64,000 bases of DNA from Octopus sinensis (GCF_006345805.1 NC_043002.1:101308001-101372000); one strand, 5' to 3'; counted from the stretch's first letter, positions 1-13,169 are shown. The notes: generated by a model not told the origin, from the sequence alone. A program made the numbers and translations.

Positions 1-346
1 CAGCCCATTTAAGTACCCTTCAATCACTTGACAATAAACTATGCTTGCAAAGACCTGTTGAGGCAAAGGAAATCATCGTCGTGGCCGATGACAGTGCTGC
101 CTGATTGGCACTCGTGCTGATGGCACATAAAAGGCAACATTCATTGCCAGCGTGGCTTGACTGGCTTCTGTGCCGGCATGTAAAAGCACCCACTACACTC
201 TAAGAGTGTTTGGCGTTAGGAAGGGCATCCAGCTGTAGAAATTCTGCCAGATAAGATTGGATCCCAGTGCAGCCTTCTGGCTCGCCAACCCTCAGTCAAA
301 CAGTCCAGCCTATGCCAGCATGGAAAGTGGACGTTAAACGATGACC

Positions 347-395
<49 letters not shown>
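1..395 (+). mobile_element. 3' part of a retroposon (SINE or LINE end) with (GAT)n tail
   Basis: ggcgttaggaagggcatccagctgtagaa...ccagcatggaaagtggacgttaaacgatga runs into a (GAT)n tail at about 346-395. The 5' part lies outside the window. Confidence 0.6.
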
Positions 396-396
<1 letters not shown>

Positions 397-1987
397 ATGA
401 TGATTGATTTCCTTCACCCTCTGCAATGCAGCTTGTTCATGAGAAACAATCTTGGCTCGATGAAGACGTTATATGCGATAATGATGTGTTTTTAAACAAC
501 TGTTTGAATTAATGTTTCGAATTTATTAATTTTCATCATAAGAGAATTGGAATGTAGAATTTATATATATTTTACTAACATATCATTATGATATTATCTA
601 AATGTCATATTGAGTATGCTTAGATTTCTCTCTTTTTCGGAAGCCATGTCTACTGTGTCGGAAATCATGGCCCTCCATGACAAAGTCTGAAAATGTAGGA
701 TTCTTCTTGGAAAAGATACAGCTGTGATTTTTCATTACCCTCTGCTGTTTTAGTTACAGTTTTTTTCTGTTAGTTTCCGATTCCCCTGTTCTTCTTGGCA
801 GACTCTTGATCCATAGATTCTGTTTAACCCTTCAGCACGTTCACGTGACATCATGACATGTTTACAAACCGCTGGGTCTGCGTGGTATAAATCTAGGGAC
901 TAGCAATTCTCTGCATCCTGTATGTATTGAGTATAAGATTATTTTCTGCTATTTACCCATAGTTGGGGGTCTGACAGGCACGACAGCTCGGGGCCAGAAA
1001 GGACAAGGGAGTAATGGTGACAAAGGGACAAGTCCACACTCCCGACAACTTCTGAACTCCTGAAATTAATCTCCACCGCTTATAGTTATGTTATCCGCCT
1101 TGGCTGTTTACGATCCATTATTTCATTAATTTGAGCACAGCTAATATTTCATACGCGTTATTTCATTATCACGGGCACTCCAGATCTCATATACATTGCC
1201 GTAGGCACTGCCAATATGTCTTATCATTGCTCCGAACATTGAAGATATCGTATGTGTGTTGTTTAGTGATAGAAGCTGTATATAAGCAGGTATTGATTGT
1301 CCAGTACGTGTTATCCTATGTTTCCACTCACTTTCTAGCGAAATCGCCAATGACATTTAACTTAGGAGCGGTGTATTATTCCCCTTCTCTCGTCAAAATT
1401 GTCTGTTGTATAAAGTTTACAAAAATTGCAAAGATTCAGTCTTTTAAAAATTGTCTTTTCTGTTTTAAGCTGAAAACATATTCAATAGTCATCGTACGGT
1501 GAACTACGAGTGTTGAAGTTAGCGGTGATGCGATAAAGTCGAATGCTAGTTTACTTTTTATCGTTGCATTCTTTAATAGATTTTCGGTTGTCCACTCATC
1601 AGAATTGCCACTTGTGACTGCCATTATGAGGGCAACGAAATACGCTTGTTGTCGAAGCTGTTTAGCTGTGAAGTAATTTAATATTCGAAAAACTTCATCT
1701 CAGTAATTCTTCAGCTGCTTCTTAATATCCATTAGAAAGATATTCACAAGCTTTTCATAGCCCGGAGCAAATCTTGATTTAAATGCAAAGATCAAATGAA
1801 GTGAAAAGAATAATTACGCTATTCCAGCTCAAAGATTTTGGCAGAACTTTTGGTATTCGGACTGATGTGATTGTTATCCATGTCAGCCGTAATTGAGAGG
1901 CGAAATACCATCCCGTGAAAAGGGTTTCCAACATCCTTGTATGAATAACGCCAAGTTGTTGAGTCTGTATATATATATGCACATGTA

Positions 1988-2219
1988 AAGGCGGCGAGTT
2001 GGCAGAAACGTTAGCGCGCCGGGCGAAATGCTTAGCGGTATTTCGTCTGTCGATACGTCGTGAGTTCAAATTCCGCCGAGGTCGACTTTGCCTTTCATCC
2101 TTTCGGGGGCGATAAATTAAGTACCAATTACCCACTGTGGTCGATGTAATCGACTTAATCCGTTTGTCTGTCCTTGTTTGTCCCCCCTATGTTTAACCCC
2201 TTGTGGGTAGTAAAGAAAT
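1988..2219 (+). mobile_element. tRNA-derived SINE, family A (young copy)
   Basis: Head ggcggcgagttggcagaaacgttagc with B-box-like gagttcaaattcc, body cctttcgggg..gataaattaagtacc, tail gtagtaaagaaata. 16-bp TSD atatatatgcacatgt at 1971-1986 and 2220-2235. Confidence 0.9.
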
Positions 2220-2487
2220 ATATATATGCACATGTGTGTGTGTGTGTGTGTGTCTATGTAAGTATGTGTGTGTGTGTATACATCCCTCAATATGTGTACA
2301 TATGTGTATATATATATGCATATACGTACATGTATGTATATAAGTACATACCATATACAAACATACATACTTACTTACCTGCAGGCACAAACACATGCAT
2401 ATATACACACATACATCCATATACCTATATTCCAATAGCTATCTATAATGCACATTCTACATACATATTACTGATATTTAGCTCAAC

Positions 2488-2710
2488 GGAAAGTGGTGAA
2501 ATTATAGACTGGTTAGGTCGTCGGTCAAAATACTTAGCGGCACTTCGTCCGTCTTTGCATTCCAAGCACAAATGCTTTCAGATCGGTTTTGCCATTCGTA
2601 CTTTCGGAATCGATAAAATAAGTAGCAGCTGGGCACTGGGGTTGATGTAATCAAATTAGCGCCCCCACCTCGAAAATGCTGGCCATGAGCCGAAATTTGA
2701 AACCAATATG
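2488..2710 (+). mobile_element. Older diverged family A SINE
   Basis: Degenerate head, then tttcggaatcgataaaataagtag and 3' end gctggccatgagccgaaatttgaaacc. Confidence 0.7.
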
Positions 2711-3119
2711 TATTTACAATGCAGATAGTAGAGACTTAGCTTCTGGAATCATTCACAGATTCTCATAGGTCTTATTAAAGGATTGTATTTTTAGTTTCTA
2801 ATCAGCCTTGTTTTAATGATTTTGTGAGAACCAGCTTCCCAAGATCAATGCTAAGGTAGTTAGTTACATTACTCATATTCCCAGTCATTGCATGTATAAA
2901 TATGAATTTATAAGAAGAATATGATACCTACAGATTTCTCATTAGAGATTTAACATTACTTTAAGGTATGCTGGATAACACGTGTCTACTTGTGCTCAGA
3001 GTTCCAATTCTGATTTGCAGATCATTTACGTTTTATAGAGATTTTGCTAGGAAAATTCCCTCATCCCTTAAATATCCCTTGATATTATGTGTAAGTATGA
3101 TCTACATATGACGGTTTAC

Positions 3120-4351
3120 GTTTGATTCTATCCTGAGATGAACTGTACCGCATCACTGAGTGTAAATGCCTGGTTATCGGTCAGGGAATATTTTCCAAAA
3201 AGCCCCCATGATGCTACCAGCTCCATGTCAGCAAACGTGATCTACGAATGCACTTTGACGCTTAGTAGGTTAGTAAATGTCGAAGAAATGGACACTTGCA
3301 CACAAGAATATGCTGGTGTGAGTTGTGAAAAAATAGAGAGCAGAAAACAATTAAACGTTGATCAAATGATAATAAACAAGGCTTGGGATCTATTAAATAC
3401 AGAAGTAATTTATGCGACTTCAAGAAGGGTGACCAACGGAGATTGAATCAAAAAACATATTAAGTCAACAATGTATGAAAACACTTTTGAAACAAGGAAA
3501 ATTTCACAAACATAAACTCATCAAAACTGCAAGTAGGACTGTTGCAGAAAGGATGGGACTAAAGACCAATGAGAACGGAACATTGACGGAAAGAAAAGTA
3601 AATAAACAACCTTCGTGGAAAAGAAGAATATCAGAAACTATAAGCTCTCTGAACAGTGTAGTGTCAATACTCGACAGTAACAGGAATGAGGAATTGAAGA
3701 ATGATCTTAATTTGAAGAATTGAAGAATGATGGTATTGGAACATAAGTATTGAATTATGTCTTTGAAGAGTTGAAGCAGCTCATACTTGCCAAGATAGCA
3801 AAACTAGCTAAGTTTGAGCAACGGATCAAACAATACCGGCAAAACTTATCCTTTAGAATCGACCAAAAATAATTTTATCAAGAAATTAATGATGATGTAC
3901 CGTGCGAAGCAAGAACAGAATATTACTGGAGCTGAATGGCTCTACAGTCTGAAGAACACAGCTTCTTATCCCCAGAAAGAAGCTATTGCCTTTACGGACG
4001 ACAGTATCAGAAATATGAGCAAAATATGAGCAATTGGAAAGCAGTAGGACCTGATGGTGCACGTGGATTTTGGATATAAATAATCAGTAGGTGCTATGAA
4101 TTAATTGCAGGGAAATTTAATGCTCGATGGAGCAGAAATTCCAAGATAGTTGATCAAAGGACAGACGTGTTGTGCTTCAAGGGTGTATCGAAAGGAAATG
4201 CCTGTGATAATGACAAGTGCATTTCTTGCTTTCATTAATGTGGAAGTTACTACCAGGAGGTTGCTGTAGAAATACACAAATTTCGTGATGATAATGACAT
4301 TTTAAGAAAGGAACAAAAAAAGGGTGTAGAAGAAAATGCAGAGCTACCAAA
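3120..4351 (+). mobile_element. Decayed R4/Dong-clade non-LTR retrotransposon (N-terminal region and start of RT)
   Basis: Hand translation across stops and frameshifts gives PSWKRRI, ELKQLILAKIAKLAKFEQRIKQYRQNLSF, MSNWKAVGPDGARGFWI, KGNAxDNxxxISC..MWKLL and EQKGCRRKCRATKD. Confidence 0.8.
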
Positions 4352-5200
4352 GACGTTGTCGCAAAAAACACAATGTACAATTTTTTTTTTGACCCCCTTC
4401 GGTCAGACACTGACCATGGATTTGCACCTAGAGAGTTACCCTCTGAGGCACAAGTCTGGGCAAGGTTGTTTTATGGAAGACCAGCAGTCGCCCATACATA
4501 CCGGTCTTCCCTCTCCACGTCACCGATGTTGTCCAAGGGAAAGGCAAGGGCCGAAACTGCTTGGCACCTGTGACGTCGCAACTCATTTCTACAGCTGTGT
4601 GAACTGGAGCAACGTGAAATAAAGTGCCTTGCTCAAGAACCCAACACGCAGCCCGTTCCGGGATTCGAACTAACAGCCTCACGATCGTAAGCTCGACGCT
4701 CTAACCACTGAGCCACGCGCCTTTACTTTGTACAATTACCATCCGAAAAAACATTGTCCAGGCATAAATACAGAGAATGTCTCTGTTATTAAATACGTAC
4801 TCAAACATCAACACAAGAAGGATAGGTGGAACAATCCCATCAAAACATCTGTCAAGTATATAAGTAACAGGACGGATATTATTGTTTGGGACAGACACGA
4901 AAATATATCGACCATCATGTCTTGATGATGTGAATATCTTTTTGAAAATCAAAGAGAAAGAAGATAACTACGGACAGTTACTTCGAATCCTCCAGCTTCT
5001 GTATCCAAATTACAAATTTGCATTTAAACCAAAAATAATTGGTTCACTGGATTTTGTGAGTAAATGCCTAACTGACAGTCTGAATAAGCCTGGATTTCCA
5101 GAAAAAGAAATTTACCAACTAACTCGTATATTACATATACATTCTGTGAGTAGAACAGTAAATATATTGAAGACATTTCTCAAGTTCAAAATGTGTAACT
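4352..5200 (+). mobile_element. 3' end of an RLE-type non-LTR retrotransposon (PD-(D/E)xK endonuclease), interrupted by a SINE
   Basis: Removing the SINE gives DVVAKNTMYN...WNNPIKTS...NRTDIIVWDR...SCLDDVNIFLKIKEKEDNYGQLLRILQLLYPNYKF...IIGSL...TVNILKTFLKFK. Same family as 32975-33480. Confidence 0.75.
4383..4728 (-). mobile_element. tRNA-derived SINE, family B (tRNA-Arg-like head)
   Basis: Reverse strand reads ggcgcgtggctcagtggttagagcgtcgagcttacgatc..gttcgaatcccgg, then ttgagcaaggcacttta, with an A-rich tail. 9-bp TSD tgtacaatt at 4374-4382 and 4729-4737. Confidence 0.9.
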
Positions 5201-6479
5201 GTTTTCGTTCTCTTTATTCCAATGGTGGAGCATTGCATCGTTGTTAGAAATCAGCTCCTTTCTCAGAGGGAGAATATAACTAAAAACAGAAGAGATCCAT
5301 CTATATACACACTGTTACACACACTCGTACACACACACACACTCGTATGCACACACACACACACACGCACAAACATTTCAATGCACGAGCGAGTGAGAGT
5401 TTGAGTGTGTGTGAATATATTTCTCTTCGTGTTTTTATACGCTTTTCGTAAAACACGTTTGTATTTCATGTTTTAGGCTCTTCTCTTCAATAAAGGAAAG
5501 AAATTAGATCCGATTATTATTTGTTCCTTTTCTCCTTCTACCTTTTCCCCTTCCGTTTGTTCATATTCTCTAAATATCTCCCTCTCTCTCTCTCTCTTCC
5601 TTTTTCTCCCCTCTCTCTCTTTCTCTCTCGTTGCTGTTGTTGTCTTCGTCCTTGTATTTACCATCGTCCCTGCTCTGTTATGATTCTTACCGATCTTCTT
5701 TCACTTCTTCCTCCTCCCCCATGCTTTTCTACCCTTCTCCCTCTTACTCTCCTCTCATCCCTCCTCTCCCCTGCCTTTACTACCCTTCCCACCGTAACTA
5801 ATATCCCTTCAATTAATAACAACCAAACAGACATTGTGTCATTCACCATCTTTACTTGACATAATTACCGTGTTATAAATCATACAACACACACACACAT
5901 ACACACACACACACGCACACACACACACACTCACACACACAGAGATACGCAAAGAAAAACACCATCACACACGAACACAATTTTATTTAAGCTGTATATT
6001 TACGCATGAATGCATTCAATTATCTTGTTTACATCCTTGTATCTTTCTCTATTTACGCTCTAGATTATATATATATATATATATATATATAGATGCTTTC
6101 TCGTATACGAGCAAAGCCATTGCTAGAAAGAATTACCGAAATGAGTCATTGATGTTGCAATGTGAGATTCTCGTATGATTCATGATCCCAGCGTAGGATT
6201 TGCACATTTTATTGCACTATGCACATCTCTTCTGGCTGGCAGAAGGAACAGGTGCCACAGTATGAACCCTTTTAAGATGCCTTTTCAATTCTCCAGGTGG
6301 GAAGCACACCTTTCCCCAAGTTTCACATGTTCTGTTGTGAATTTTACACAATTTACCATGGGTCGATTCCTGTGAATTCTCTGATGGTTGACCAGGCCCG
6401 CACGACTCGATCCCCTCCTCCCATAAACCACACACACAAAAAAGTAGCACTCCCTCATTTTCCACAGATTCATTCCTTC

Positions 6480-7225
6480 TAAACCTTCTCCTAATCTTCT
6501 CGTACTTCATTCTCTCCCTTTCAAACCTCGAACAACCACTGTGCACTCTTCATCCATCCATCTATCTCGGTCTTGTGCCCGCCTCTCCCAACCAACAACT
6601 GAAACTCCTGCCTGAGGCACTCCTTGAATCTCATTCTAGGTTTATGTGATAGTCTCCTACCATCTTCCAGTTCATCATACAAAAGTTGGTTGGGAAGTCT
6701 TTCACCATACATTCTTACCGGATGCCCACCCCACCTGAGACGACTTTGCAGAATTATTGATTCTACACTTCCACTACCACTTCTCTCGAGTACCTCCACA
6801 TCCCTGATGGCTATTTTCCAACTTATTCCAAGAATTTTCCTAAGACAATATTGATGATATCGTTCCAAATGCCTTAACTTCCGACGATAAACAACTTATA
6901 CCTCACTTCCATATAGTAAAGATGACAGGATGCATGTGTTATAAACCCTAAATTTAATTTGTTATAGCGTGATCAGTGACGCCTGACAAGCCTACCAAAA
7001 GCACTATTAGCATTGCTGATTCTAGGTGAAATTTCATCATCGAGCCCAGCAGGGCTCAAAGTACTTTGCAAATAAATGAATTTATTTACAACTTTGATCA
7101 TTCTCAGTCATAGAAGGTTCCACATAAAGCTTAGAGGGAGCAGGCTAGTACATTAAAACAGTTATTTTCAAGTTGATTGTAAGGCCCAATGCTGTACATG
7201 CTGCAGAAATCGCGTTTAGCATCCA
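6480..7225 (-). mobile_element. 5'-truncated RTE-clade LINE (RT C-terminal half)
   Basis: LNAISAACTALGLTINLK..., FRVYNTCILSSLLYGSE, ERYHQYCLRKILGISWK...LQSRLRWGGHPVRM..ERLPNQLLYDEL..GRR...KPRMRFKECL. Confidence 0.85.
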
Positions 7226-7633
7226 AAGAGGTAGGCCATAGTAAGATTTGAACCTAGAGCGCGAAGAGCTGGCATCTAGTCTAACGTTCATACAATCTAC
7301 CGTCCTGAATTCATACTTTATTAGCGACCCTAGAATGATGAAAAGCAAATGTGAGGACGGTGGGATTTAAATTCAGAGCACTAAGAGCCGGAGTAAATAC
7401 CGAAAGGCATCTAGTCTAACATTTATACATGTGCACCAATCTACCACTCAGAGATGGTTCTTATTATTAGCAAAGAAAGCCATGGCGGAATTTTGACATG
7501 ATCACTCAAACGATATTTTTTCAATAATTACGATAAAATAAACATTAATGTTTACTTCCTAATATTTTTTCTCCTTCTTTTCAGATTACTTTACACTATA
7601 CTGGCGAAATTCGTACAGATTACGTCCTTTTAA

Positions 7634-7800
7634 AATGAGTTTGATCAGACTCATATTAGAAACTGCGTGCCATGTGATTTCAATTGGCGCTCTTTAGCAA
7701 TGGAGTCGGCAAGAAATATTCATTGTTTCTATGGAAATGAAGCTGTAAGTGTCTGGACATGCCAACACTGGTTGGGCCAGTTTGGCTAGTGAAGTTTTCC
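7634..7800 (+). mobile_element. Mariner transposase N-terminal (HTH) remnant
   Basis: EFDQTHIRNCVPCDFNWRSLAMESARNIHCFYGNEAVSVWTCQHWL resembles the mariner N-terminus (AARNIxxxYGxxAVSxRTCxxWF). Confidence 0.55.
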
Positions 7801-8339
7801 TCACGTAGATTTCCATCGATTTCCACACCTAGATTCTATAAATATTGATCCAAAACAAAATTAGAGGCGTGTTATTTTAATAATGACACAACTTTGGTTT
7901 CACTAGAGTTAAACATGGATATTTTCTCTCCGTAGATAGACAAAATTGATCGATTTTATTCGTTTCAATTCATAATCGATCTTCACCAGGGATTACAACC
8001 CCATTTTCTGTCCACAAAAAGAAAAAAACAATATGTGCTATAACCGCGGTGTCAACACTTCACAACAACATGTAAGAATATATATTCGTAAAGTATTTAT
8101 ATTCACAAAATTTGTGTTGTATCTATTTTTATCCTGCCTGTAGAGCATCTAATAATACACACACAAACATATACATTCAAACAGATACGCATACACACAT
8201 AAGCACAGATTTATGTCATATATACATGTATTTATAAATTTATATACATACACATGCACGCGCGCACACATACACATATTACCTTTTACTTCTTTTAGAC
8301 ACAGGAGCGCAGTTATGCTCTGAGTATATATAAAAATGG

Positions 8340-8510
8340 CTTGATTTGAGGAATCTGTCTTATGAGTCTTTCCTGCGACATTCTCACCACGTGTCTATTG
8401 TAACGGAACCGTGACTTCTCAGTGTAAAGAAGTAGCGACTCTAACGTCGGGGAGCCTCTCTGATCTCCGAGATATGCACTCTGTCGAGTAAAGTTACTTG
8501 AGAGATCTTC
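8340..8510 (-). mobile_element. RTE-like LINE C-terminal fragment
   Basis: PTLESLLLYTEKSRFRYNRHVVRMSQERLIRQI resembles the RLRWxGHVVRMxxxRLxKQI motif. Confidence 0.5.
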
Positions 8511-8576
8511 CGGAGGAACCCCTTTTCGGCTGCTTTTATTCACGATTCTACTCTTTCGGTCATGACTCAGCAGTTA

Positions 8577-8735
8577 TCTTTATATATAAAAGGGAAGTTG
8601 TGTGTCTGTCTCCTACGATTTAGATTCCTAACTACTCCCACATTTTGCGGTGCAGTTAAACCAAAAGCGGGTATCTTATAGTCGTGATTCATATCGAGCC
8701 CTTCTGGGTATTAGCGCACATCTACGATGAGTCTA
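8577..8735 (+). mobile_element. Non-autonomous Helitron-like element, 3'-truncated copy
   Basis: Starts a|tctttatatataaaag and is near-identical to the first ~155 bp of the copies at 15207 and 59029. Confidence 0.75.
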
Positions 8736-9106
8736 GCTGGAAGAACTAACTAAAATGGCGTGTTTGGCTGTATAACTAACTTCTCCTTTCTTTGAGGAGA
8801 AAATGCTGGAGCTCGTGCATTAGTGTACCCACAGTTGCAATTCTAGCATTCGGTTCACCCTCCTGCATACCTTTTAAGGCAATGTGTGCCAGAAGGTTTG
8901 AAAATCTAACGGAGGCATCGCATCAAAAGATATTTTAAGATCAGAACTTATCTGCAGTTCTTGGTCGTCCAAATCGGATAAGCAATCTATGAGTGTGTCT
9001 TTTCAAAACACGCTCTGGTTTAAAGACATATCATCAAACTCTGCATAAGGAGTAGACAACCGCCATACTTATATATATATAATATTATATATATATATAT
9101 ATATAT

Positions 9107-9202
9107 GCGTGGCATCTTGGGCAAGTATCTTCTACTATAGCCTCAGACCGACCAAAGCCTTGTGAGTGGATTTGGTAGACGGAAACTGAAAGAAGCCCGT
9201 CG
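9107..9202 (+). mobile_element. SINE family C fragment
   Basis: gcgtggcatcttgggcaagtatcttctactatagcc...ggaaactgaaagaagcccgtcg matches the reverse-strand copies at 29 kb, 36 kb, 49.8 kb and 56 kb. Confidence 0.8.
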
Positions 9203-9204
9203 TA

Positions 9205-9257
<53 letters not shown>

Positions 9258-9564
9258 ATATATATCTATATTATATATATAATTAATTAATAAGGTGAGA
9301 GAATTAGATACTAATTTAATAGTATATCTATTCAACACCAAGTGGCCCAGTGCTTCGAGAAACCTGGATTATTATAATATTTTATTATATATTATAATAT
9401 TTTATACAAAAATAAATATAAGAGAATGGTCACTATGTGGCTCATTCTAGCACTAGAAAATCCAAAAGGTTTCAACCACAAAAATACATGTTTCCCGTGA
9501 AAGTCAGTACGATTGTTAGCTCACACGAACAGGGCAAATAAAAAATAACAAAAATACAGATTAA

Positions 9565-9644
9565 TTTGGGACAAGTGTTTCGCTATTAATGAATTAAATG
9601 TAATTTTACTTACAAAAAACCCACTTGTAGCTCCTCGGCCAAAA
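9565..9644 (-). ncRNA. Type I hammerhead ribozyme motif (U4C, long loop II), left arm
   Basis: Reverse strand reads tttgg CCGAGGA gcta-[42 nt]-tagc GAAAC actt GTC ccaaa. Confidence 0.55.
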
Positions 9645-9756
9645 CTATCTGGATGAAATCCACTCAATCACACGCCAGATTTTACCATAACGATAAATAC
9701 ACGTGTGGTTCAATTGATTACATCCGACGTTATAATTCAAATGCCCCTACTAACAG

Positions 9757-9837
9757 TTTTGGCCGAGGAGCTACAAGTGGGTTTTTTGTAAGTAAAATTA
9801 CATTTAATTCATTAATAGCGAAACAATTGTCCCAAAA
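9757..9837 (+). ncRNA. Type I hammerhead ribozyme motif (U4C, long loop II), right arm
   Basis: ttttgg CCGAGGA gcta-[42 nt]-tagc GAAAC aatt GTC ccaaaa. Stem I is 6 bp, stem II is 4 bp, stem III is the palindrome ACAAUUGU, and the cleavage triplet is GUC. Confidence 0.65.
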
Positions 9838-10002
9838 TAATCTGTATTTTTGTTATTTTTTATTTGCCCTGTTCGTGTGAGCTAACAATCGTACTGACTT
9901 TCACGGGAAACATGTATTTTTGTGGTTGAAACCTTTTGGATTTTGTAGTGCTAGAATGAGCCACATAGTGACCATTCTCTTATATTTATTTTTATATTAT
10001 AT

Positions 10003-10037
<35 letters not shown>

Positions 10038-10065
10038 TATATGATTATATATTTATGTATGTATG

Positions 10066-10104
<39 letters not shown>

Positions 10105-11255
10105 GGAGAGAGAGAGAGGGAGAGAGAGAGAGAGAGAGAGAGAAAATACAAGCACGTCGATCAGTACACAGTATAAATTCTTGAATTATTAGAATTATCT
10201 CCTACTAAACGACAAAATATTTCAGTGTCCTAATTTGCACACACTGTATATTGCAATCAACTGATATTATTTGGGCTTGTCTATAAGGATTCTCTCATTC
10301 GTCAAATTTAATTCTAGGATCAGAAATATACTGAAAATATATTGAGATTTCATAAACATTCGTTTCACTGAAGCTCATGACACGAACTGAATAAAAGACT
10401 GCTCTCGTTACGTTCGAAGCTGCAATTCACAGTTCTGGTGAGCCAAGTATACAAGCCAGCGAATTCTGGTGTAAATGTCTTGAATTATCATTTGTTCCTT
10501 GAATAATCTTTGACATTATTAGTAACATGGTCATTCAAAGACAACACGAAACACATAAGAACCAAGAAAGGAACTTGGATGGGATCGTCCAATCTACAGA
10601 AAATAGCGAACTAGAATACTGGGTATTGTAATCCCAGCTTTATCATTCTTAAAAAATGATAGGATACTCGTATTAGCAATGCTTTTGATCATTGGTGTGG
10701 TTTAAGAAGGCGACGGCCTATCATACAGCTTCATTGAAACTAAACAGTAACGTGCTATCTACAAATGACTTTATAGCAACTAAAATTACAATGCCATATA
10801 ATATAAAAACGAAAGAGTTACCAAATGGTCTGTCGACTTGCAAAAGCTGGCATCCAAAGACCCAGCAGACCTTATCCAACGGCCTATAATAATGTACATA
10901 CAATGGACACTGATACACGAAAAGACAAGATGGTCATGAGTGGAACTAATCTGATCATATGTTAGGTTTACCAGAGCTTACCGGTGGTTAAATACCACCA
11001 GCAGCATCATCAGAAATATGCAGATCAAATATGGTATGCATTAGTCTAATATGCAAATATTGTTGTAGAATGTCTTGCTTGTTTTTATGGCAGAAAAGTT
11101 GGATGTACCGTTAGCTGCATATGAATTAGATTTCAGTTCACAACGAAAAACAAAGTAAAGTCTATAGTTACACCATTCTTAGAAATTCTTTCTTCTTCTC
11201 TATACTATTATTTATATTTTCTGATAAATAGATACCTACGTACATATACATATTC

Positions 11256-11371
<116 letters not shown>

Positions 11372-11487
11372 CGCACAAGCACACACATAGACTTGTAAAT
11401 TCACCTTCGTATCTATGCTAATAGGAGTTATATTCAAATGTGTACACATACTATATATATGTATGAGTGTGTGAGTGTGTGTGTGTG

Positions 11488-11535
<48 letters not shown>

Positions 11536-11961
11536 TGTGTTTGTGTCTGTATGTATGTATTCAACTCTCTGCGTCTATGCTAATGGGGCTATATGCCAAT
11601 AGGTTGGTAGATATCTGCGTCTAGCACTTCATGACATAAACATGAATAGATACCACCTCATATACATATCTATAAAGAATTCTTGGAATTATTATTATTC
11701 TGATATCTTATAATGATAATACACCTCTTTCTTCGACTCCCACTCTTTCTCTGACGTTCTCTTCTCATTGGTTGTCCTCTTCTATTGTCGTCCATTGTTT
11801 TCTTCAATTCTTTGTATTTGGAACAACGAAAATATTAAAGATCAACAAAATGTATATATTATCATCTCAGTATTTTCCCGTTTTGGCTGTAGCCTGAATA
11901 CATGATATATTTACATATACACATACATGGACACCCACACACAAGCGCACACATATACGCA

Positions 11962-12014
<53 letters not shown>

Positions 12015-12033
12015 CTATCTATCTATCTATCTA

Positions 12034-12078
<45 letters not shown>

Positions 12079-12082
12079 CATC

Positions 12083-12161
<79 letters not shown>

Positions 12162-13169
12162 TATATATGTATATACACAATTATATGTATGCGTATACAT
12201 ACATATGTATGTATGCGTGACATATATATGTGTATGAATACAGTTATATACAGGCATGTATAAAGCTATGATATTATATATATCTGATGTAATGATATAT
12301 ATTATATTTGATATTATGACATATCTATGTTGGAGTATGTGTGTGTGCGTGTATGTGTTTGTATGTGTGTGTATGTACGTGTGAGTGAGTGAGAGATAGG
12401 ATTGAAGCGCTTGTAAGGCGACATACAATTTTTTTTTTCTGTGAAAATATTTCTCTTATCTTTACAGTTCACTCGCCAATATTAATGAAAGAAGTAGGAC
12501 AGCAGTGATAGCTGAGGTTGTAAAGCGCCGTGCTAAATACGTTTCTCTATATACAATCATCTCTGTTCTGAGTACAAATCATAGAAGTCTTCAAATTTAT
12601 CCTCTTTTTCATTTAGTAATACTGAAAGCTGGTTCAGACAACTGCATCACTGTATGTTTTCCTCCTGCGAGTGTCTTCCCTATAGGAAATTTTTGTTGTT
12701 GTTGAACCTCAGTTAAACCTTTATAGAGCCTTCCAGTTGCTGGTCCTCATCCGTTTTTTCAGGTATGAAGTGTTTAGCGCTACAATATATAACTTGTCTT
12801 TCCTTGATTAAAACGGCGGAAATTTGAGGGAAATTTGTTTGCTATTTCTAGTAGCTTGAACAACCACATAAAAGTCTCGCTAAGGTTTCTTCCTCTGTGT
12901 TAGATGACTTTGTAAGTGTAGTCTTCTTCTATATGAGTCTTACCCGAAACTGTTACCCTTCCTCCGTGACTATTGGATATAATCCTTCCTTATCTAAGTT
13001 GATTCTGTAATTCTGCTTAAGTTGGCCATGTGACTGTGATCGTCTCCGGATTACGCTTGGCTCTGTGTATGACGATATATTTTCAAAACTACCTTTCTGA
13101 ATACAGAGATCAGATTTAACCAGTTCAGCTTCTAACTGTTTGACAACAATATTAAAACTGGAGACAATA

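Larger units (their letters stand above)
9408..9993. repeat. Long inverted repeat (239-bp arms, 108-bp spacer), probable inverted Penelope-like pLTR pair
   Basis: Arms 9408-9646 and 9755-9993 are reverse complements with about 3 mismatches by eye. Each arm carries an HHR motif. Confidence 0.9.

Noticed and set aside
1575-1605. CTGATGA...GAAA on the minus strand
   Set aside because: Stems I and II do not pair, so it is a chance match.
7585-7744. Apparent exon with a strong acceptor (ttctccttcttttcag) and a GTAAGT donor
   Set aside because: All three frames contain stops, and the mariner-like reading continues through the donor. A non-coding or UTR exon cannot be excluded.
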